Below, piece after piece: positions 54,736-64,000 of a stretch of DNA of 64,000 nucleotides. The stretch lies in contig CP068257.2 of assembly GCA_009914755.4 (NCBI GenBank), forward strand, positions 44,192,001 through 44,256,000, given 5' to 3'. Position 1 is the first letter of the stretch; each line of letters starts with the position of its first letter. The DNA is from the human T2T-CHM13v2.0 reference genome, Homo sapiens. The notes under the pieces were generated by a model. That model saw only the letters and a list, made by a program, of their open reading frames with translations. It was not told where the DNA came from and ran no database searches. Position numbers and translations under genes: made by a program.

Positions 54736-55112
54736 CCGCTTGTCTATTCTTATGCCACTGTCAAATGAGCTACATTGCTGCAGCTTCATGTCTAGATCTC
54801 TAGTAAAATAAATCGGCTCACTTTGACCTTTTTCCTCAGGATATTCTTGAACTGATTAATTTTTCCTGTACATTTTAAAATCAGCTTGTCTATGGAATTA
54901 ATCTGTAGATCAAAATTGGGAGAATTAACATTTTAAATTATGGAGAGTTCGAGTCAATGAAAAATATGTTTTCTAATTCTCGGATCTTCTTTAATTGCTC
55001 TTTATGATGCTTTATAATTTCTACATAGAGGTTTCACACATCTTTTGTTGGGTCTATCCCAACTCTTTGCCTTCTTTCTGATGGCCTTATACATGGTATC
55101 TTCTTCTTCTTT

Positions 55113-55336
<224 letters not shown>

Positions 55337-55744
55337 ATGCTGTCTTCTTTTAAGATTTGATTTTCCGTTGCTGGCTGGTGTGGGGATGTGGAGCGCCCTC
55401 ACCCTGTGAAGGCATCCCTTCCCGTCACTGTGTCGGTCCCTGTGGTTTTCGCTGCCCGTGTCCCCTGTGCTGCTGCTCCTTGCTGCTGGCCTCTGGCTGT
55501 GTCACCAGCTCTGGAGTGGCCCTAGACTCACGAGAGAGCGTGCAGGTCCCAAACCGAGAGTGGCTGGAGGCAGGAGTGCTGCAGGAGTGCCTGGGCCAGC
55601 CCCCTGTCCAAGTAGGGAGCTCTGCCCAGCTCCCAAAAGAGCCTCCTCACAAAGCCAGTCACTGAGCCCGAGCAGCGCGGTCGCCCCTGACGCGGCACCT
55701 TCCTTCCAGGCTCCTACCTGGCTCAGGGCGTCCAGCGGCAGCCA

Positions 55745-55925
55745 GACAGGCTGGGGGCCCCTCCATGTTGCGCGCTCCGGCTGACTCACCGGGGCTGGGG
55801 GCCCTTCCACGCGGCGCGCTCCAGCTGACTCACCGGGCCTGGGGGCCCCTCCGTGCTGCGCGCTCCGGCTGACTCACTGGGGCTGGGGGCCCCTCCGTGC
55901 TGCGTGCTGCGGCTGACTCTCTGCT
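55745..55925. repeat. CpG-rich minisatellite, about 4 copies of a 44 bp unit (ggctgggggcccctccgtgctgcgcgctccggctgactcaccgg)
   Basis: ggctggggg recurs at 55749, 55793, 55837 and 55881, an exact 44 bp period. Confidence 0.9.
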
Positions 55926-58130
55926 GCACATGTGCTGGCAGCTGTTCCAGGTTGCCACATCCTGGGATTATCTTTTCCAGTAAACTGTGGGGTCAGCAGG
56001 CCCAGTACTCGCCTTGCTGCTGCTTTTCACCCCCTGCACCATGGGGATGCATTGGGTCAAGTCACACAACGTCAGAAAACTCAAATTCGATTAAAAACTC
56101 AGGTCTGCTACTGGGCTCCTGGGAAAGTGCAGAGTCAGTTGGGGCCACTCTGGCAGGCTGCAGTGCCTCTGCTTCCCCCTGGCTCAGCCTGCCCACACCA
56201 GCTTCCCCCAGGGGTCTTGGGACATCTACCAGCAATGGCCAGGGTGACGTCCCTCCCTGTCCAGGGCGAGAGCAGGACAGATACTGTCTCTGATGCCCTC
56301 CCAGTGAGCTGGGAAGTACCGCTCATTCGCAGCCTCTCCTCCTCATGCCCACTGACCCTGAGGCTACAGGGAGGTTGACCTTTGCTTCCTTCCAAGAGGG
56401 TTAAACTTCTACTGTTCACTTCTGGATCTTTCACCTATATAGGACACACATTTGAGGGCGAGGTGGGATCCGATGTTGATTTTCGGCTGTCTGGATCCCC
56501 CACTGCTCCAGCCCACAGCCAATTTCTCCACCAGACTGTGAGCCACTTGCAGACAATGGCTGTGCCCATGGCCCCGCATCCCCGGTGCCGTGTGGGAACT
56601 GAGGAAAGGTGTGGGGTGAGGAATGTTCCCGCTGGACCCTTTTTCATGGGCCAGTAGGATGTCCCTGCTGCGTTCAGCTTCCCACTAAGACTAGAGGGCC
56701 CGTGGAGCCTGAGATGTTGTGTGCAGCACCAGGGCACCGATGGAGCGGTCAGGGGCCAGAACCTGCCCTTAGGCAGGCGAGTCCACGTGCATCCATCACA
56801 GCCAGGACAGTGTCAGAGCCCAGACTTGACTCAGCTCTCAGGGTGGCCTACCCTGTCTCTCATCAGAGATATTACGAATCCCGAAATGAGCATTTGAAAG
56901 AATTGGAACATTTGTAGGAGGCACACTCTTACGTGGTTCCCAAAGGTGGGACTAAGGAACACTGGCACCATGAGGGAGCCTGGCTATGGTCAGGAAAATT
57001 CAGCATCTTCCAGACATGAGACCAGTGTGGCTGGGCCGCTGGAGCAGGGGAAGGTGAGCGGTCACTGTTCCCCACCGGCACCTTTGTCTGCCTTGACGCT
57101 GAGTAGCAGGGGAGCAGGCTGTTCAGAATGCTCGCCGAGGCCAGGCTGTGTAAGCCCTGGATGGCCTCCGAATGCCGCCTGTGACAGGCAGGAGCATGAA
57201 ATTCCAGAAGCCTCCCCTGCCCTGGGTAGCCTCAGGGACATGAAGTGCATGTGAGGCTCTCAAGGAGAATGTGGCAGCTAATCTGCCCTGTCATTTCCGC
57301 CGTCCTGGCCTCGTGCAGCCTGATGCAGGCACTGAGCTGTTAAACAGGATAAATCAAGTAGGGGCTGCTGCCACCCACCCCGCACTGTGTTCCCTCCCAC
57401 AGTCACATCCCCCAGACAGCTGAGGCCGTGAGTGCAGCCCTGGACAGAGCACAGCTAACGGGGGTATGGCCAGAGCCGCTGGCTGCGACAGCGCTCGCTG
57501 CGGCTGCGAGGACCCCAGATGGCGCTTTGCTGGCAAGGCTTCTCCCGCCTTCTCGGGGCAAGCAGTGGCACACAGGAGAGAGCTCAAGGCGCCTGCTGCC
57601 AGCCGCACTCACAGCTGTGTGACCGCCCTTCTACACTCCAAGGCATCTCTATGTTAATATCCAAACCTATTCATCCATCCCCCAGCAAACAAGCCTTACA
57701 ACTTGGGCCTCACATGACACTTTCAAACGTGGGTCTCTTCCTTTCGGGTCTGACGGGATGTCATTCACTGTTATTTTTGGCATGAAAATAGATGATGGAT
57801 TACCTCTCTGGTGGTCGGGAACCTAGGCCTGGAGCCAGCTGGTCACAGTTCAGGGTCATCGCACTGTGTCACCTCGTGTAAAACGGAGGAAGAGCTCGCC
57901 CTACTGTGTTAGGACAGCCTGGATTTATATATGGAAAAACATGGGGCTGTGGCCCTGTGTGGCCGCTGTTTCATTACACATCACTTCTTACTAGGGCAGT
58001 ATTCATTTTACTAGCATTCTGTTGATTTGAATATTTTTTTAAAAAAAGAGTAACTGGCAAATTTATCAGAATTTATAGTGGTACCAGTTTTAAACAGATT
58101 TTGCCAATTTAATCAATATAAAGATGAAAT

Positions 58131-58416
58131 GGCCAGGTGCAATGGCTCACGCCTGTAATCCCAACACTTTGGGAGGCCGAAGCAGCCAAATCACCTGAGG
58201 TCAGGAGTTTGAGACCCGCCTGGCCAACGTGATGAAACCCCATCTCTACTAAAAATACAAAAAATTAGCCGGGTGTGATGGTGGCACGCCTGTAGTCCCA
58301 GCCACTCAGGAGGCTGAGGCGGAGGAATTGCTTGAACCTGGGAGGTGGAGGTTGCAGTGAGCTGCTGTACTCCAACCTGGGCAACAGGAGTGAAACTCCG
58401 TCTTAAAAAAAAAAAT
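58131..58416 (+). mobile_element. Alu SINE, full length
   Basis: ggccaggtgcaatggctcacgcctgtaatcccaacactttgggaggccgaagcagccaaatcacctgaggtcaggagtttgagacc ... ending in a poly-A at 58405-58415. Confidence 0.95.
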
Positions 58417-59587
58417 TAAATGAGGCTTTGATTCTGGTCAAATGGAGTGGGGGTACACCCCCCTGCCCCTCCCACTGAGCACAGCTGGGACTTCTGCACA
58501 GAGTGCTGGAGCAGCTCCCTTGGGACCGGGAGGCGGCAGTGGGAGCAGGCTGGAAAGGAGTCCAGCCCAGCAGGGAGCTTCCTGTGTCCTCACTGCCCTT
58601 GCCACATGGCCTGGACTCCAGGCAGCCACATACCCAGAAGTGCAGCCACAGAGAAGCTCCGCATTTCTGTCTGAGGATGGAGAGGGAGCTCCTGCTGGTT
58701 GGCATTTGCTCCACCTTCCAGTCTCTCCCATCCTCACCCCCAGGCGATCCTGTGGCAGCAGTGGCTTTGAGGGCACAGCAGCCTGACAGGCTGGCAACGC
58801 ACAGGGGCAGAACTTTTCTCTCCCACCAGAGGACCTGTGGTCTCAGAGAATGAAGGGGCCCTCCCAGGGCCATTTCCCATCCCTGCCCTCCGGGGTGGGG
58901 GGGTCCTCCCGGGGCTGTTTCGTGTCTCTGCCCTTCTGCCTCTTGGCCTTAGACAGGATGCAAGTGCAGTAAGTTTCTGGCACTGTGGCAAAAGCCAGGC
59001 CCTGGCCAGAAAGCCCTGGAGATCACAGAGAGGGGCGAGTTTGAAAAGGGGATTTCATGAAGTTGTGTGTGCATTCCTGGGCACTGCCTGCCCTCTCTAC
59101 GTCTGGGTCTGACCACAGACAGTACAGCAAAGGCTTTGACAAGGGGACTGCAGGGTTGATGGCCCCCAGGTCCCAGCCGGGCACTGGGTGGCACACACGT
59201 GGCACAGAGCTAAACAGCGGTGCAGAAGCTCTCAGAACAGAACAGACATTGGAGCCACAGCCCACAGAGGCTTTGGAACTAACTAGAACCACTGCCCGAT
59301 AAAATAAAAATGTCGTGGTTCTGCATAAGATTTAAGTGATAACTGGAGTGTTACGACAATATTCAAACAGACCAGAGGACAACTCGACGTCCGTACTCAG
59401 CATAGGAAGAAATAGGAACCCTCAGCCTCTCCAGCTGGGAAATGAGCAACACACACCAACCTGGGATCCTTCCTGGTGGAGGATCCACAAGATCTTCAGA
59501 GCAGCTGCGCCACCGTGCTCCAGGAGGAAGGGTGAGCCCTCTCAAAATGAATGGAAAAATAGGAACTCTACGCAGGGAAAGCGAAGG

Positions 59588-59891
<304 letters not shown>

Positions 59892-61995
59892 CAAGGAAAT
59901 AGATTTAAAGAATAAAATGGAAATTTTAGAACTAAAAAATCTAATAACCAGAATGAAAAATTCATGATGTAGACTCAATAACAATGGAAGTGACAGGGCA
60001 CAGCGTCAGCAAACACGAGGACAGCTCAGTACAAATGATCCATGCCGAGTGATAGAAAAAGGACTGGGAGAAATGAATGGAGCTTCCGAGACCTGCAGAC
60101 AATGCAGACACCACAGTACACGTGGTTTTTATGTGCACATGGGATGTTCCCCAAGGCAGGTCATATTCCATGTAAAAAACTAAAGCCTAACAAATTTAAA
60201 ATAATTTAAATCATATAAAATGTATTTTCTGGCCACAGTAGAATTAAACTATAAATCAATAACCAGAGATAACTGGAAATTTTCCAAATACTTGAAAATC
60301 AAAACACACACCTCTAAATAATGCCCTAGTCAAAGAGGAAGTATAAAAAAATTAGAAAATACTTTGAAGTAAGAGAAAATGAAAAAAAACCTATAGGATA
60401 CTAGTAAATCAGTGCCTCTAGAGAAATTTATAGCATGACAGCATCCATTAGAAAAGAAGAAAGGTCTTCAAACAATAATGTAAGCTTCCACTTGAAGAAA
60501 CTTTAAAAAAAGAAAACAAAACAAGCAGAAGGGAGTAAATAATCAAGACCCAAACCCAATGAAATTAAAAACAGAACTAAGCCTCTTCACATTGGAGTAG
60601 TTCAAATAAAGGAAGGACAGAAACAATCATGGGTTTCAAGAGCTTGCAAAACGGTGGCAGTTCTCTGCTGTCTGCGTTTGTTGTGTGGCGTGAGAGTCCA
60701 TCCTGGTTTCGTGGCATTTTTCTCTGCATCCTTTTTATTGACAAGACGTTCCTGTCGTGAGTGGTTTTCCTCTGGCCTCTTCTGGGAGCTGGTGGATTTG
60801 CAAGTCACAGCCAGCCTTCGAAAGCAGGACTGTTGCCTGGTTCCCCAGTTGCCCTCCTGGAAAGCTCTACCCTGCTGGCCCTGGGCCTCGGAGGGGAGGG
60901 GAGCGCCTGGGGCGCCGCGGTCCTGACCCCACACAACTTCTTCTGCCATGGCCCAAACCCAGCCCTGTGCCGCCTCTGTGGGCCACAGGGACCCCCACAG
61001 CAGACCCCCAGCAAACCCTCAGTGACTGTCTGAATGAAAAACGCAGGAGTGGGTGGTGTGGGAGAAAATAGGATTACGATGCTTCTGAGTATTGAGTTTA
61101 GAAATCGCTGAATTTCAGAACGTTCCACGAGGCCGTGGAAATTGAGCTGGGCTCAGTGCTCATGGTGTGAATCTGTCTAATCCTTAAATACATACTGCGC
61201 CCCCTTGTGGGCCAAGAGTGGTGCTGGGAACTGGGGATTCAGTGGTGAACGGAGGAGACACGTGTGCCCTCTGCCCTCTCGGTGCCAGGGTGGCCCCAGG
61301 TGACTGCAGCAGGGCCAGGAGAGACGGGGTTGTAGGTACAGCCTGGTAGGCAATACCCTCCAGAAGAAGGTCCTGATAAGTGGGTGGGAGAACTCACCCT
61401 GTCCCTGCCACGGAAGCCAGGGAGCCAGCGGGAGGGCAGGGAGCAGTGACAAACAAGACCAAGGGGGTAGGTGCTGGGCTCTGGACGGGAGGCTCAGGGC
61501 CGGGGTTAAACAGCACAGCAGTGGGAAGGTACCTAGGGGCTTCAGCACGGGGTGAGTCCAAGCTTAGAAGCTCACTGGCAGCGTCAGGCAGCTCATGCCC
61601 AGCCAAGTGCTCCTGAGTGGACATGCCTGGGCCAGCTGCGGGCCACAGCTGTGGCTGCTTTCCTGGCTGGCCTTCATCAAGCTGAGCGAGTTCCCCTCTA
61701 TTCCTGTTTTTTTCTGAGCATTTTAATTTTTATCGTGAGTTGGTATGGAGTTTTGTGACAGGCTTTTCTGCATGCATTGATATGATTGTGTGCTTTCTTT
61801 AGTCTGTTAATAAGGTAGATTACACAGACAGATTTTCCAACCCTGAGCCAGCCTTGCATCACAGGAAGAATGGTTATAGCGTGTAATTCTTGTGGTATAT
61901 TGCTGAATTCTATGTGTTCATGTTTTTTGTGTGTGAAATGATTAAATCAAGCTAATTAACATATCCATCACCTCACATACCTTTGTTTGTGGTGA

Positions 61996-62205
61996 GGTTC
62001 GAGTGATCCTCCCACCTGTCTCCCAGGAGTTGAGACCACAGGTACACACCACCACACCCAACTAATTTTTTCAACATTTTGTAGAGATGGGGTCTATTTT
62101 GCCCAGGCTGGTCTTGAACTCCTAGACTCCAGTGACCTGCCTACCTCAGGCAACAGCCTAGGCAACATAGAGAGACCCCATCTCTATAAAGAATTTAAAA
62201 TCACT
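61996..62205. mobile_element. Alu-derived fragments: an antisense piece at about 61996-62152 abutting a short sense piece at about 62153-62205
   Basis: ggttcgagtgatcctcccacctgtctcccaggagttgagaccacaggtacacaccaccacacccaactaatttttt...tgcccaggctggtcttgaactcctagactc, then gcaacagcctaggcaacatagagagaccccatctctataaag. Confidence 0.6.
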
Positions 62206-62209
62206 CTCA

Positions 62210-64000
62210 GCAATTTTCAAGTATACATTGTTCTTACCCATAGTCACTGTGCCACACAGCAGCTCCCCAGCCTGTTTGACTCCCGTCTAACTGAACTTGT
62301 GCCAGTGACCAACAGCTCCCATTTCCCCCAACCCCCCGCAGTCCCCGACAGCCACCTCCCACCCTCTGCTTCTGTGAGATGCACTTTTTTAGATTCCACA
62401 TGTGAGATCATGCAGTATTTGTCTTTCTGTGCCCAGTTCATTTTACTTGTTATAATGTCCTCCAGGTTCATCCGCAGTGACACAGATGACATGGCTTCTT
62501 TCTGTGTGTATGTCTGTGTGTGACATTTTCTTTATCCGTTCGTCTCTCTATGAACACTTAGGCTGATTCCACCATATCTAGGCTGTTGTGAGTTGTGCCA
62601 CAATCAACACGGGCCTGCATGTGTCTCCTCACTATAGTGACTTTGGGTATATGCCCTGAAGTGAGACTGCTGGATCCTGTGGTGGTTCTATTTCTAGTTT
62701 TTTGAGGAACTTCCGTACCGTTCTCCATAATGACTGTACTAAGTTTCCCATCAGCACTGTACAAGGGTTCCCTTTTGTCCACCTCCTCACCAACACTTAG
62801 CTTTTGTCTTTTTGATAATAGCCATTCTAACAGGTATGAGCCGATATCCCATTGTGGTTTGAATTTGCATTTTTCTGGTGATTAGTGATGTTGTGCACTT
62901 TTTCATATACCTGTTAGCCATTTGTATGTCTCCTTCTGAGAAGCTTCCATTCCGTTTCTTTGCCATTTTTTTAAAATCTGGTATTTGTTTTCTTGCTATT
63001 GAGTTGTTTGAGTTCCTTACACATTTTGAGTATTAACTCCTTATCAGATGTTGTATGGTTTGCAGTTTTTTTTCCAGTTCCCTAGGTTGTCTCTTCACTC
63101 TGTTGTTTGCTGTGCAGAAGCTTTTCAGTTTGATATAATCCCATTTCTCTACTTTCTGCTTTTGTTGCCTGTACTTTGAGGGCCATATTTAAAAAAAAAT
63201 CATTAACTAAACCAGTGTCGTGGAATTTTTCCCTGTGTTTTTTCTTAGTGGTTTTGCAGTTGCAGATCTTACATTTAAGTCTTTAACCCATTTTGAGTTG
63301 ATTTTTATAGATGGTGTGAGATGAGGGTCTAATTTCATTCTTCTGCACAGGGACATCCAGTTTCCCCAACACCGTTTATTGAAGAAACTGTCCTTCCCCG
63401 TGTGTGTTCCTGGTGTCTTTATTGTAGATGGATTGGCTGCAGCTGCGGGGTTTCCTGCCAGGCTCTCCGCTCTCCTCCACCGGCCTGCATGTCGTTCTTA
63501 CACCAGCGCCAAGTTCTGGTCTTTAGTATTTCATTCCTCTGCTTACTTGGATTTATTTTGTTCTTCTTTTATTAGATTCTTAAAATGAGTGCTTAGATTA
63601 TTGATTGGAAGCTTTTCTCTCTTCAAATGTGTGTGTTTCGTGCCACAGGTTTCCCTCTCAGCACTGCTGTAGTTGTGTCCTGCGATTTTTGATATGCTGT
63701 GTTTTTATTTTCATTCAGGTCAATGTGTTTTTTGATGTTCCTTGAGATTCCCTCTTTGACCCTTGGATTGTTCATATATGTGTTTCATTTCCAAGTGCTT
63801 GGAACTTTTCTTGTTATCTTTCCATGATTGATTCTGGTTTGAGTCAGCTGTGGTCAGAGAACATACACTATGGTTTCAATTCTGTTAAATTTGCTGAGGT
63901 TTCTTTTATGGCCAAGGGTATGGTCTATCCTGGTATAGATTCTGTACATGCAGGAAGAGAGTGTGGATTCTGCTGATGCTGGACAGAGTGTTCCGGAAGT
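62210..64000 (-). mobile_element. L1 LINE 3' region (3' UTR plus the C-terminal part of ORF2), antisense; continues beyond the window edge
   Basis: Antisense L1 signatures: attccacatgtgagatcatgcagtatttgtctttctgtgcccag...taatgtcctccaggttcatcc ... cccttttgtccacctcctcaccaacacttagcttttgtctttttgataatagccattctaacaggtatgag..attgtggtttgaatttgcatttttctggtgattagtgatgttgtgcactttttcatatacctgttagccatttgtatgtctccttctgagaa ... ctgtgcagaagcttttcagtttgatataatcccatttc ... catccagtttccccaacaccgtttattgaagaaactgtcc. Confidence 0.9.

Overview
This window is primate genomic DNA, almost certainly human, and contains no bacterial or phage locus. I found no credible protein-coding gene. The evidence for primate origin is 13 to 14 Alu SINEs in both orientations, L1 LINE fragments including a 3' end running off the right edge, two THE1-type MaLR solo LTRs, an LTR12-like LTR split by an Alu, and further MaLR/LTR fragments. 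Between these repeats the unique sequence is GC-rich with typical mammalian CpG depletion. The window is unusually dense in minisatellites, with independent arrays of about 59, 37, 39, 46, 44 and 64-67 bp units, which fits a subtelomeric or VNTR-rich intronic context. Every long ORF in the six-frame track coincides with a tandem array or with GC-rich low-complexity sequence, so I treat them all as spurious. No rRNA, tRNA or snRNA gene, CRISPR array or prokaryotic operon is present. The two regions worth follow-up are a roughly 2.2 kb classical CpG island at about 47.7-49.9 kb with an embedded T26 run, and a roughly 2 kb repeat-free, low-GC stretch at about 44.1-46.2 kb that has kept its CpGs and carries a CCAAT/GC-box motif followed by a near-consensus 5' splice donor. 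All repeat family names are from memory of consensus sequences and should be confirmed with RepeatMasker/Dfam.
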